Positions 1 to 13,149 of a stretch of 64,000 bases of DNA are shown here, in pieces. Within the stretch, counting starts at the first letter, position 1. Each line of letters begins with the position of its first letter. Position numbers and translations under genes: made by a program. The DNA is from Octopus vulgaris (Eukaryota). The stretch is taken from assembly GCA_951406725.2 (NCBI GenBank), contig OX597838.1, positions 9,858,001 through 9,922,000 of the forward strand, given 5' to 3'. The notes under the pieces were generated by a model, which saw nothing but the letters and a program-made list of their open reading frames with translations, did no database searches and had not been told where the DNA came from.

Positions 1-262
1 GATATAATCGGCTTAATCCATTTGTCTGTCCTTGTTTGTCCTCTCTGTGTTTAGCCCCTTGTGGGTAGTAAAGAAATACGTATTTCGTCTGCTGTTACGT
101 TCTGAGTTCAAATTCCGCCGAGGTCAACTTTGCCTTTCATCCTTTCGGGGTCGATAAATTAAGTACCAGTTACGCACAGGGGTCGATGTAATCGACTTAA
201 TCCGTTTGTCTGTCCTTGTTTGTCCCCTCTGTGTTTAGCCCCTTGTGGGTAGTAAGGAAATA
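1..262 (+). mobile_element. SINE family B, tandem 184-bp 3' units (starts before the window)
   Basis: Same sequence as 28579-28990 and 46505-46736; positions 1-78 repeat at 185-262; B-box-like GAGTTCAAATTCC at 105-117. Confidence 0.85.
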
Positions 263-544
263 GGTGTCATACAGGGACATGAACACACCAATACCAGTTG
301 TCAAGCAGTGGTGGGGGACAAACACAAAGACACACACACACACAGATATATACGTATCTATACAATGGGATTCTTTCAGTTTCCATAAACCATGTCCTCT
401 CACAAGGCTTTGGTCAGCCTGAGGCTATAGTAGAAAACACTTGCCCATGCAGTGGGACTGAACTCAGAACCATGCAGTTTGGAAGCAAGCTTCTTACGTG
501 GCTTCTACACAGCTATGCCTGCACTTTCTTTTCTTCTTTTTTTC

Positions 545-739
545 TTTTTTACTTGTTTCAGTCAATTGACTGCGGCCATGCTGGAGCACCGCCTTTAGTC
601 GAGCAAATCGACCCCGGGACTTATTCTTTGTAAGCCCAGTACTTATTCTATCGGTCTCTTTTGCCGACCCGCTGAATTACGGGGACGTAAACACACCAGC
701 ATCAGTTGTCAAGCAATGCTGGGGGGGGGGTGGCAAACA

Positions 740-780
<41 letters not shown>

Positions 781-954
781 GTACATATATACGACAGGCT
801 TCTTTCAGTTTCCGTCTACCAAATCCACTCACAAGGCATTGGTCGGCTCGGGGCTATAGCAGAAGACACTTGCCCAAGATGACACGCAGTGGGACTGAAC
901 CCAGAACCATGTGGTTGGTAAGCAAGCTACTTACCACACAGCCACTCCTGCGCC
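545..954 (-). mobile_element. tRNA-derived CORE-like SINE family A, full length
   Basis: Reverse complement of 3589-3989: A box TGGCTGTGTGG, B box GGTTCAGTCCC, CORE-like CTTGGGCAAGTG, internal (TA)/(TG) tract. An older partial copy lies at 268-525. Confidence 0.9.
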
Positions 955-1562
955 TATATACCCTACACTGATATATATATATTTTAAAAATCAATTGCAA
1001 ATTTAACTTTAAAAAAAAACTGGAAGTTGATTTCCAATCAATAAAAAAAAAAATATTCCATTTTCTTTCAGTGAAATTCATTTCCAGTTTAAATTTCAAT
1101 GTTATAGTCTCAACACACACACACACACACACTCTTTCCCACCTCCACGTCCATCACAATCCCTATAACCACAGCTCTGTTTTTGGAAAAAAAAAAAAAT
1201 TAAAGATTTATCAATTTGGAACATGCTTCATTTGGGAAAAAGAAATTAAGGAAATTTAATTATGGATCGACTCGTGCCTTGTGAGTGGAATTTCAATGAC
1301 GGAAACTGCATAATGGACCCTTGTCATCTGTGTGTCTGCTGCTACCAGAAAACGAGACTGTGACTTCTCCTGTGATATTAATTTTTACTCTTGATAAATT
1401 ATGACGAGCAATCAAGACCCTCAAAATTCAAGAGCTGATTCAGATTGAAATAGGTTATCAAAATAATTAATTCAAATGAATTCATAATCTTCAAAAAGTT
1501 AATACTTGGTGGTTTCATGGTAAACATAAACATTACTGCTTATACATGCATTCATCCATCCA

Positions 1563-1605
<43 letters not shown>

Positions 1606-1616
1606 CTAAAATATAA

Positions 1617-1718
1617 TATAATAAATGCACAAAAAAATGGAAAACAGATACAGAAGGTCACCAAATCCCCATCAGTTATCAGCCAGAGGGTCAAACGCAA
1701 TTTCATGCCTTCAACAAT

Positions 1719-1817
<99 letters not shown>

Positions 1818-1890
1818 AGTGTGTGTATATATATAATAATAATAATAATAATATAAATAGTATGTATATATGTATATATATACATACATA

Positions 1891-1932
<42 letters not shown>

Positions 1933-2100
1933 TATATTTGTACAGGACGTCACCAACTGTTTAAACATGAAGTATGAAAACAAATGAGTTAAATACGCAA
2001 ACGAGAGAAAAAATGTAAAACAGTACAAGCTAACATGGAGAACGACCCTTCATCAGTTGTCTGCTAGCTACTTCTCATTTTGAGCATTCAACGACAATAT
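1617..2100 (-). mobile_element. Two short retroelement-end fragments (1617-1720, 1940-2100) with degenerate hammerhead-like cores, embedded in (TA)n
   Basis: Minus strand reads TTGTCG..GCTC(A)AAATGAG..GACAA-CTGATGA and TTGTTG..GAAA..TGATAA-CTGATGG, each followed by a T-rich tail. Confidence 0.5.
1721..1813. repeat. (TA)n microsatellite; other long (TA)n tracts at 16925-17107, 25550-25872, 38955-39062, 59511-59622
   Basis: Direct inspection. Confidence 0.98.
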
Positions 2101-2287
2101 ATATATTTATATGGATGGATGGATGGATGGACGGCAAGACAGATACGGAGGTAGTTAGATATGCATATATATGTGCATATGTGTGTGAGAGATATATGCA
2201 TGTATGTATATATGTATGTGTGAGTGTATATGTATATTCAAATATGCATATTAAGTTCATGTATGCTTATATATGATCATCATCAAA

Positions 2288-2515
2288 GGCGGCGAGTGGC
2301 AGAAATGTTAGCGTGCCGGGCGAAATGCTAAGCGGTATTTCGTCTGTTGTTACGTTCTGAGTTCAAATTCCGCCGAGGTCGACTTTGCCTTTCATCCCCT
2401 TGGGGTCAATAAATAAAGTACCAGTTTCCCACTGGGGTCAATATAATCGACTTCATCCATTTGTCTGTCCTTGTTTGTTCCCCTCTGTTTAGCCCCTTGT
2501 GGGTTGTAAAGAAAT
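2288..2515 (+). mobile_element. SINE family B monomer
   Basis: Head GGCGGCGAG(C)TGGCAGAA, B-box-like GAGTTCAAATTCC, body GCCTTTCATCC..GGGGTC, ends in AAAGAAATA. Confidence 0.85.
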
Positions 2516-2523
2516 ATATATAT

Positions 2524-2567
<44 letters not shown>

Positions 2568-3588
2568 TTATGGCATCCAGGAGTCAGCAAACCAGAGGAC
2601 TGCACCAATCTCCAGTGCCTTTTTGACATGGTTTCTAAGGCTGGATGCTCTACACACACACACATATATGTATGCATGTGTATGAGTGTCTTTGCAGATA
2701 TGTGTGTATGTGTGTGTATATCAAGTTCCATACATTTGCATCAAAATGTGACTTAGCCTTTCAAGAAATGAAAACAACAGAATAAGCACCACATTGAATA
2801 AGTACTGATGTTGCCTGATATTACCAAGTAAAATCCTTGAAGGAACTTTGCTCCAGCATGGCCGTTGTCCAGTGGTTGAAACCAATAAAAGGACAGCAGA
2901 ACCTAAAAGAGAAAAAAAAACAAATCCCAGAATTAGAATATTATACAGAGAGAGAGGAATAGCTCAGAAAAGACATTAAACTGAGAGAGAAAGAAAGAAT
3001 GTGAAAGTAGAGAGGGGGGAAGAGAGAGAGTTAGCGTGAGAAGGGGAGGAGGAGGGGAAAGGGAGGGGTGGTTGGCAGAGAGAGAGAAAATATATTCTAT
3101 GCATAATAAAAGTGTGATGTGTCTTAGAAGACAACTTGTTGCAATGAGGATTTGATACAGGACACGACACGCTCTTCCTCTTCATTGAAACAGACAGCTG
3201 AAGCGAAAAAAATGTTTTTTTTTGTTCTATATTGTTTGATTCGGATTATATTGGTGACAGCTGACATGAAAGGCAGACTTTGTTATCAAAATCTCCACTA
3301 CTTTCCAACAAATCGAGTAACTTGTGGTATATTTATTTACAAGACAATATCAAATAGAATTATAATGAGAATTGTTTGGTGTTTTTTTTTGGGGTTTTTT
3401 TTTGGTTTTTACAACTCTTCCCATGGTTTTGCAATAACTTCAACTGCAAGATAATCCAGACAAATCCTAATCCTAATGATTACTGACTTTCCCACAGAAT
3501 AAAAGTACCAGATGTCGACACACACACATAAAATATAAAAATAATTTTTTCACGTCATTTGAGATGTTTTCATAAGTAAAATCATATA

Positions 3589-3989
3589 GGCGCAGGAGTG
3601 GTTGTGTGGTAAGTAGCTTGCTAACCAGCCACGTGGTTCCGGGTTCAGTCCCACTGCGTGGCATCTTGGGCAGGTGTCTTCTGCTATAGCTCCGGGCCGA
3701 CCAATGCCTTGTGAGTGGATTTGGTAGACAGAAACTGAAAGAAGCCTGTCGTATATATATATATATATGTGTGTGTGCATATGTTTGTGTGTCTGTGTTT
3801 GTCCCCTAGCATTGCTTGACAACCGATGCTGGTGTGTTTATGTCCCCGTCACTTAGCGGTTCGGCAAAAGAGACCGATAGAATAAGTACTGGGCTTACAA
3901 AGAATAAGTCCCGGGGTCGATTTGCTCGATTAAAGGTGGTGCTCCAGCATGGCCGCAGTCAAATGACTGAAACAAGTAAAAGAGTAAAA
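3589..3989 (+). mobile_element. SINE family A, full length
   Basis: Pol III A/B boxes, CORE-like segment, GTAAAAGA tail; flanked by direct repeat GTAAAATCATATA (TSD). A truncated head follows at 3999-4150. Confidence 0.92.
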
Positions 3990-5324
3990 TCATATACAGG
4001 TGTAGGTGTGACTGTTTGGTAAGAAGCTTGCTTCCCAACTTCATGGTCCTGGGTTCAGTCCCACTGTGTGGCATCTTGGGCAAGTGACTGCTACTATAGC
4101 CCCGGGCTGACCAAAGCTTTGTGAGTTGATTTGATAGGTGAAAACTTCCAAACACCAACCACTTGACCGTGTGGATTGGATGCACCAGCACTAGCAGAGT
4201 CATCAAGTAATTTGGAAGGAAAAAATTCTTTGAGAGGCAGTCATTGGAGCAGGTGGTCTTGTGCCAGGTGATGAGAGGTTAGAGTGTCAGAGGGGGATAA
4301 AATGCATTCATATTGATATATCCTTCTCTTCTTATTCTTCCATTTTTCTCACCACCTTTGAACAAACCTACTTTCTCGTTAGCTTCTTTCATATTTTTCC
4401 CTCGCTAACAATGGCCAGATAAAACAACAACTGCGCTGAAACCATGGAAAACAAAAATCAAGAAACAAACGAAAAGCACCAAATCACCACAACCATGTTG
4501 TTGCTGTTGTTGTTGATGTTGTTGTTTTACCACATAAGACAGCAAGAGAGAAAAAGAAAGACTGAGGGGAGAAGAGTCTGAATATTTATATTTTACGTTT
4601 CTTTTTTTTCTTTCTTTCTTTCTTGACGTCCCAAAAAAGGAATTTTACATGAATTATTTACTAAAGCCTTATCAATAGCAATACTTTTCTTACACTGGCT
4701 CAAGGCCATGAATTTGAGAGACAACTAGGCAAGGAGATAAGAGGGTTTTATACTGGACCGAGATTCCAACTCAGTCAAAAATGACTGCTGTGTATTTTGC
4801 CGGTCATGAAAAATGATTTTTATTTAGCAAATTTAAAAAAAACAAAACAAAAAAAAAACATTTTTACAGGAAGAAAAGAAAGAAAGAAAAAATTACAAGT
4901 ATTAAAGATCAAATTACTGAGAAAAAAGAATAAAATCAACTACCTCACCAAAGAAACGAAGAAAAGGAAAAAAAAAAAGGGAGTGGATTTAAGCTGCAGA
5001 AGATCGTGGGTGGAGAGGTAACAGGTTGTACATCCCAGACTAAATGGCATGATTAATTACACCTTGCAATCATGAGTGCAAAGGTGTTGTTGCAGAAAAT
5101 AGCCAGTGACACTCACTGCAACAGTCACCCCACCTTGTGGGATTCATTTCTAAGGTGGGCCACAGTAAAAGGTTCGAAAACGCATGACACCTTGAAGGCA
5201 GGTGATACAAATGGATAGCAGCGGATCAGGTTCCTGTATTTAGATAATTTTTGAATAGAAAATTTCAATCATTAAACTAAGGATAGTCTCAGGTGTGTTG
5301 GTAACAAAAGGTGGGTTAGTACTT

Positions 5325-5690
5325 CTTTTACCTGTTTCATTCATTAGTCTGCAGCCGTGAAGAACTTTTAGTCAAATGAATCAACCCCCCAGTGCTTGTT
5401 TTACTGAAGCCTGGTAGTTACTTTATTTGTCACTATTGCTGAACTGCTATGTTACAAGGATGTGAACATACCACCATCAGTTGTCGAGTATTGGTGGGGG
5501 ACAAATGCAGGTGCAAAGACACACACACACACACACAACAGGCTTCTTTCAGACTCCGTCTACCAAATGCACTTACAAGGCTTTGGTCAACCCGAGGCTA
5601 CAGCAGAAGACATTTTCCCAAGGTATCATGCAGTGGGATTGAACCTGGAACCATGTGGTTGGGAAGCAAACTTTTTAACCACACAGCCTT
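5325..5690 (-). mobile_element. Older diverged SINE family A copy
   Basis: Colinear with family A with many substitutions. Similar old or partial copies at 14390-14640, 15220-15380, 20866-21025, 29650-30110, 31295-31550, 33200-33640, 38408-38690, 39585-39740, 44128-44285 and 55880-56170. Confidence 0.8.
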
Positions 5691-5737
5691 GTGAGGTTTA
5701 GCAGTAGGAAATCCATATTTCATATCTAGTTGTTTAA

Positions 5738-5960
5738 CCCTTTTGATACCAACCCACCTGGGACTCCCTAAGGTCATATGATACATGGAACCTGTTCTAT
5801 AGTGATCTAAATTAGGAATCTTCCATTAAAATTTCCCATCAATTTATGTTCCAAACATCAGCTTAAGAATAGCAGACTTAGCTTACCAAATTCTTCATTA
5901 TTTTCAAAATTCATTGAAACAAAGGCAACATATTTCAACAGAAATATGGCAACAAAAGGG
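5738..5960. mobile_element. piggyBac-like MITE
   Basis: TTAA|CCCTTTTG ... CAAAAGGG|TTTT termini; an inverted diverged copy at ~7760-7970 ends AAAAAGGTTAA. Confidence 0.6.
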
Positions 5961-7353
5961 TTTTAAAACATCAAAGAATTAATATTCAGTCTTTTGATTG
6001 AAAATATTTTTAGTGAAATTCAATCATTTTATGTAAAGTATTATGCCTTCTCACCTTTTCATAGAAATCAATCACAAAAAATGTTCACTTTCTGGGTTGA
6101 AGACCTCATCCATCATCCAGACGAACACCACTGTCTGATAATTTTGTTGCCTTTCGCAGACAAGCAAAAGATAAAAGAGGGAGCTACACAGCAAATAAAA
6201 TTTTTAAATAACGTTTGGTTGTGGGTTGTGTCTAGGGAGAGTCATTATGCCAAAAAGTTCAACAATGTATTTTACTGCAGAAAAAAAAATTAAATAACAA
6301 GCATTTGAATTTGGTGAGTCCATTCCTCACCAGGTCTGACATCGAGTGATTTCTTCCAGAAAGAGAAGAATCAACATATTACTTGAGTGGTAGTCTATAT
6401 ATCAATTCCTACCCCAAAGAACTAAAAGCATGGACCTCGGCAGGATTTGAACTCAGCATTATAGAGATGAATGTACAAGACACTCTAGCCAATGCTTTAT
6501 TGATTTCCCCCAATTCCCAATTATAGTCAGTCGATTTAATCGTTTCTTGTGTATTATTAATACTTCCTTGGTCAATTCAGGAAGAATGACTAGCAAAGTT
6601 GATCATGTTGGGATTTGAACACAGAGCATAAGGTGTATGTTTAAAAGAGTCTCTTCAGAAATTACATGGTATTGAGTTCCATTCCCATTGCTCCGAATAT
6701 TACCATGGGCAAGCGTCTTCTACTAGAGCTTCAGGTCTTGAGTGAATTTTGGTTGTTGTTCTTCTTTGTCTTCCTCTCATCTGCCTCTTCAAATTTCGTC
6801 CCAGTTTAATCCTGATTGATCAGAATTACAATCAAAGTTATTCCAACCATAACCATCCTGTCTTTTTACATGTCAAGGAACTATATTGTCTTCAGGTCTT
6901 TTCTTTTTTAAAGGATGCGATTTTGACAAGTGTTGGCTCTGATTTGCAGCAGGTCAGCCAACCAAGTAATGCCACCTTTGGTGGTTCATAAAATTTCATG
7001 ACATTTGGTAAGAGGAAACTGTCCATCATTTCTGTTCTTGGGCAACAGATTTTAGTTTGCCATCAAGTTAGACACCACCACAGGGTCCCTGGTTGGCTTG
7101 ATCAGATTCCAGTCAGTTGAAAGCATTTGTATCAGGTCTTGTGTATGAAGCTAACTTCCTTCCTCGCTTCCATCAGCCTTGGGTGCTCTGAAAATGGTCA
7201 TGAATGTTATTTTTGATCAATAAAAAGCAAGAAATCATTATAAACAACAGAAGAAAGAAAAACAGTTGTGAGTTCAATACAAATGCCAACTTGACACGGA
7301 TAAGACCATCAGAAGCTGCAATATGAAGAGTGTTCAAGAGAATAACAATACTA

Positions 7354-7653
7354 CAGGGTGTCCACAAAGTCTGGGTACATGGAGTAAATAAAATCATAAC
7401 ATAAAGAATTAAATATAAGAAATAGGCACGTAAAAAGCACCCACTACATTCACGGAGTGGTTGGCGCTAGGAAGGGCATCCAGCTGTAGAAACACTGCCA
7501 GATCAGACTGGGCCTGGCGCAGGCTTCTGGCTAACTGTCCAACCCATGCTAGCATGGAAAACGGACGTTAAACGATGATGATGATGATGATGAAATAATA
7601 ATTTCTTAAAGTATGTGTTAATCCCCATGTACCCAGACTTTATGGACCCCCTG
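7354..7653. mobile_element. Tc1/mariner-type MITE interrupted by a SINE C insertion (7424-7592)
   Basis: TA|CAGGGTGTCCACAAAGTCTGGGTACATGG ... CCATGTACCCAGACTTTATGGACCCCCTG|TA; the inserted SINE is flanked by GAAATA on both sides. Confidence 0.88.
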
Positions 7654-8347
7654 TACATCGCCTGTCATTCAGGTTAACAAGGGACACATTTGGATCTTAT
7701 AAATTGTTACAAAAAAAATCGAGCAAAATAACCTTGTCAGCATTATTCACTCTTATTTTTCATATTTCTGTTGAATTATACTGCTTTTGCTTCCAAACAC
7801 TTTTTTAGATAACAAAGAACTTGGTAAGATAACCTTATCGTTATTGATCTGGTGCTTGGAACATTAATTAACATGAAATTTTGATGGAAAATTTATTATT
7901 TAAATCACTCTAAAACAGGAAGTCATAGAAGCAGGGACAGTCTCAGGTGGTTTGGTATCAAAAAGGTTAAGTAAATTGACTTCAGCTGAGAAGCGAAATT
8001 GATTTCCAGACATGGCTCATCTCAAGCTTACTTTGTACTCGTCACCAATCGCGGCTTAAATGATAAACCAAATCACCAAATTCCATTAGAAAAGTTCACA
8101 TTGAATTATAGCTTATGAAAGATCAAACGACAACTAATGCGTGAAATTAGGGTACAGCAATAATAAAAAAGAAAAAAAAAGGAAAAACAAAATCAAAGTA
8201 TAAGTAAAAAAAAATATCAAAAAAATTTTTTTTTTTTCTCTTTCTTAACTTTTTAATGAGTACACATCACTGCATCACTGAAGATTATCGACATGTTAAT
8301 CATTCTCTATCGGGGGCCTATATATATATGCACGTGTGTGTGTATAC

Positions 8348-8380
<33 letters not shown>

Positions 8381-8384
8381 TATA

Positions 8385-8425
<41 letters not shown>

Positions 8426-8823
8426 ATATATATGTATATATATATATATATGTATATGTATATATTTCAAATTACTGTAACTTAGGACTAATAGAGGTTT
8501 GTGGATGCCTGCCAAATGAAGCGTGCATCGACCTTTTAGGAGATGAAGCAAATGTAGAAGGAAAAAGGAAAGGAAGGAAAAAAAAAAATGGTTCTGCCTT
8601 TGCTTTCTGAATGACATTTTAATGGTTACTGCACAAGGTGTGAGTAGTTTGGTAGAAGGTTCGACAAAAAAAATAATAATAATAAAATAAAAATGAAAAA
8701 AAAAATGATACTGGAAAGCTTATGTGGTTGTCTACCATAGTTACATTTGTTTGGTTACATGTGTATATACATATATATATGTATGTGTGTGTATACATAT
8801 GTATATATGTGTGTGTGTGTATG

Positions 8824-8858
<35 letters not shown>

Positions 8859-8994
8859 ATATACATGCATGCATAAATGCATACATACATATGTAGATAC
8901 ATAACTACATATGCGTATATGTGTGTGAAGTATATGTATGTATATATATATATGTGTGTATGTGTATATATATGTGTGTGTATGTGTGTGTTTA

Positions 8995-9180
8995 TAAGGA
9001 AAAAAGTCAAGGTAGAAAATGCTAAAATAATTTTATCATAAAAAACATTTCAGTACCAGTTTCAGTCATTGAGATTTTTTCAACTGTAATTAAATTTTGG
9101 AAAAATTAAATGTAAAGTTTTTTAAAAGAATGTTTGCATAGTATTCAAATACAAGGGGGCATTTTCCTTGTTTCTGCCTG
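8995..9180 (-). mobile_element. Probable Penelope-like terminal fragment with a degenerate minimal hammerhead
   Basis: Minus strand 9051-9086 reads CAG-TTGAAAAA-ATCTCAATGAC-T-GAAA-CTGGT-A-CTG. Confidence 0.4.
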
Positions 9181-9748
9181 TCTCTGTCTCTCTTGTGAAT
9201 TCTTAGTAAGGAAGAAGAAGAAGAAGAAGAAGAAGAAGAAGAAGAAGAAGGAGAAGGAGGAGGAGGAGGAGGAGGAGGAGGAGGAGGAGGAGAAGGAGAA
9301 GAAGAAGAAGAAGAAGAAGAAGAAGAAGAGTCACTTACTTCCCAACTACATGGGTCTGAGTTCAGTCCTATTGCATAGCACTTTGTTCAAGTTGTCTTCT
9401 ATAACCCTGAGCTAGCCAATGCTGTGTAAGTGGATTTGGTTGATAGAAACTGAAAGGAGCCTGTCATATATGAGTAGATATGTTTTTGTGTGTGTGTGTG
9501 TGTCTTCTTGGACTACAACAAAAGGGTAAAAGCAAGAAAATACAACCAAAAATATCTGTTTGTTAACAGACAGCAACAGACTGGTAAAAGCAGAAAAACT
9601 CAACATAAACTACACCTGGTTGTAGAGGACAGCAACAGACAGGTAAGGAGACTACACAACAGTTTGGATGGTTACTATGGAAATAGGCACCAATATGCCC
9701 GTGGCTTTCAATTGGCTAAAAATTACGAAAAATTTGCAAACTTTAAAA

Positions 9749-10034
9749 CAGTAGTTCCCTAAGTGGGTGGTTTTGCCCCCTTTGAGATGGTGGAAAATTC
9801 CAAGAGAGCATTGAAGAAAAGTGGGGTGATAATGGGTGACCAAAGGAGAGCGATGAATGTAAGAAAAACACAACAAAATGGGTTAATTATGTTAAGTTTC
9901 ATTTGTGAAATACAGCTGTTTTGAATTTACTGCAGAAAGTGGTCATGTTTGTGGTGGTGAGTATTGTGTGTGTGGGGGGGGGGGGGCTAGGAACGTGGCC
10001 TGGGTGCCAACCTGAAAAAGTTTAGGAACCACTG
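9749..10034. mobile_element. hAT (Charlie-like) MITE
   Basis: TIRs CAGTAGTTCCCTAA / TTTAGGAACCACTG; perfect 8-bp TSD CTTTAAAA at 9741-9748 and 10035-10042. Confidence 0.88.
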
Positions 10035-10285
10035 CTTTAAAAGCTAGTAACATTTTATTTATTAAGTTATGGCAAAAAATAATTTCATTTCCATATTTAG
10101 CATACAAATCAATTGGAACAAAATAGAAGGAATTGAAAAGTGAAGGCCAAACAGTAAAGATCCAGTTTCTGGGGATCCAAGCAAGCAAATTAGTAGATTG
10201 GCAATCCACAATAGTATTTTAAGGTCCATGCTTAAAAAATCTGATTGAAATGGAATAGATCTACATTGGGAATATATATACACAC

Positions 10286-10345
<60 letters not shown>

Positions 10346-10689
10346 GCACATATACGCAGCGCTAAGCGTGTGGCAAGCTTTCTACGGCCGGATGCCCTTC
10401 CTGACGCCAACCCCCACCTGTTGCCAATATATATAATGTTTATGTATTTGTTTTACTTAAGGATGATATTATTTTGCCAATCAAACACACGTCCAGTTTG
10501 GACAAAGCAGAACAGGAGGAGACACATGGGATAAAAAGTCATCGAAGAGGTCACAAGAGATGTGCCAAAAGAGCTTTGACAAAGAAAGTAAAATATTAAT
10601 AATAAAGCTGAAGTGAAGACTAAGCATAGAGTGCATGTGTTTAATTGGTTAAAATAGGACCATCTCCAAGTTTAGCTATACATATATAT

Positions 10690-13130
10690 CGACATTCCTA
10701 TAAAACAAATTCAAAAATTATCTAGTGCGCTAAAACCAGTAATTTTTCACTTATTTATTTTATAGATTACAATTCTCAAAAAAAAGAAAAAGAAAAGAAT
10801 GATCGGGTTACACTGCTTCCCTTCATATATTTCCGTAATTTTTCAATTTAGTTGCAATTTTTTTCAGATTTAGTTTTAAACATTTTTTATGAACTACCTT
10901 TCAGTAACTTAATCCTATTTCTTTTTTTTTTTTTTTTTCAAATTTTCTTATTCTTTTTAAACATCGGATATCATGGTTATGTTAAAATTAAAAATTTCAG
11001 AAATTCGCTTATTTGGCAGAATTTCAATTTTTCAAAACTTTGTTCTGCTCCCCGACACTTACAATTTTTTTTTTTTTTTTCAAATTTGAAACTTTTTTTA
11101 ATATTGCAAAATTTCTAATAATTTTGGAATAGAAAATATATCGAATATGTTACATGTATTTTTGCGCATCTGCTTGGTTTTCATTTTGAAAAAGAAAAAT
11201 AAATCTTTAGATGTTGAAACCTAAGATCCCCAATAAAACAACGTTTATTTTTAACGCAACTAATTCGTTACTGAATAAATTGGAGAAAATAATCGTTCAA
11301 AATAAACGAAACAATACCTGATTTCATGCCAAATTTTGAATGATTTGTGAAATTATTTTTATGCAATGCTTTGTTTGCAATGTTCTTTTGTAGCTGCACC
11401 AAAATAATGTAGATCAATGTTTATGAACTGTCAGCATTAATTTCAAGAACTACATTAATGCAACTAATTTTGTGTTGCAGGTACAACATCAGTTTTAAAG
11501 TGTTTAGTTAACTAGAAATTGTCTGCCGTTCAAAAGGAAAAGATCCTTTTCAAATTTTCTGCACTGATGTAACTAACCTCTTTATTATCAATTTCTTGGA
11601 GGAAAGAGAAGTTTCTATCGTAAGCTTACAAAACTTACGTGTTTGAAAAGAGTCTGGTGAAAGCTTGAAACTATTTAAGTGGTCAGAAGAAATTTGATAA
11701 GATCACGTAAAAAAAAAACCAATTAATATTGGAAAAGTAACGAAGAGCGAAACAAAATTTTGATAAATTGAAACTCTGCTAAATAGCAGAGTTTGTGAAA
11801 ATTATATTTTTACAATATCATTATTCTCCGATGTTTAAAAGACACAAAAATGATAGTTATAGAAAAGGGGCAAAAAAATTTTGGGGGCAATGTTTTGTTT
11901 TATGATCCAAGAAGTGAAAACCCACTGTTGTTGGCAGAGATTTTTCATCATAACTACAGACGTATGCTCCCACTTACTTAGCAAAGATTGGTATTTTTAA
12001 TGAAATTTTCTACTAAAACTGTTCTAAAACAAATCATATCAGAATTTAATGGGGAAAAATAAAAATGGCAGGGATTGAATATCTCTCTCACCCTCAACTT
12101 TGTAGTAACGAAAGAATGCCTTTGTGGCGAATGCCTTTGTTTTTTTGGTCAGTATACTGTTTAAGCTCCAGTCAAGAAAAAAAAACCCAGCCTACTAGGT
12201 GTAAAAATAATGTGTAGAAAGCAGATATGAAAACAAAAATTTGTGCAAACGAACGAGTTTTTCACACGAACCAATTTTTTCCCTTATAACTTTCAAGAAA
12301 ATGGATATCTTTTAATGAAATTTTACAGAAACACCTTTCAAACAGAATAGATTATGATTATAAAGAAATTTGTGGAGAAAATGTTTTCTGAAAGGGTGGG
12401 GAGAGGACTGTCGGAAAGTTCACACGATGTGTTTTTTTTCCCTCATAACTTTCTGGATCTAATTAAGCGCCCGGTCACCAAAACATCTGAATTTTCCAAA
12501 AGTCCTCTCACCCTGTTCGTTTCTGCACATTTTTGTTTTCATATTAATTTTCTACCCGTTTTTGTACACCTATTAGACTGCTCTCATTTTGGTGACCGGT
12601 TGCTTACCTAGATCCTGAAAGTTATGAGGGAAAAAAACGGATCATGTAAATTTTTCGACAGTCCTATCCCCACCCCTTCGGAAAACATTTTCCTCAGAAA
12701 TTTCTTTATAATCATAATCTATGCTATTTGAAAGGTGTTTCTGTAAAATTTCGTTAATATGTATCCATTTTCCTCAAAGTTATGAGAAAAAAACGGATCT
12801 TGTGAATTTTCCGAAAGTCCTCTCCTCATCCCCTGTTCGTTTGGACAAATTTTTGTTTTCATATTCGTTTTTCACACATTTTTTGCACCTAGTAGGCTGG
12901 AGGTTTTCTTTTTCATGACGGTATATTGACCGTTTTTTAAATATCTTTTGATGATATAAATTATTATGCTGAAGAAAAAAAAACTTTGGCAATCAAAAGT
13001 TGCCGCAAGCCCATGTGTAAAAAAATAAAAGTTTTTTACAGAAATCGACGGAAAAGTATACTAGAACCGTAAGATTGCCAAAACTTTTGAGGACTATTCC
13101 ACTCTTTCTCTTCTGGAATTTATTAAATGA
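10690..13130. mobile_element. AT-rich non-coding foldback-type element(s) with two large imperfect palindromes
   Basis: 10960-11052 is inverted at 11740-11838; 12146-12485 is inverted at 12587-12931; internal subrepeat CATAACTTT..TTTTTAATGAAATTTT. Boundaries are approximate. Confidence 0.6.
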
Positions 13131-13149
13131 AGATTTTTAAAAAATCCTT

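Noticed and set aside
7980-8160. Unique segment with homeodomain-like sites as a possible enhancer
   Set aside because: Short AT-rich motifs are expected by chance; needs conservation data.
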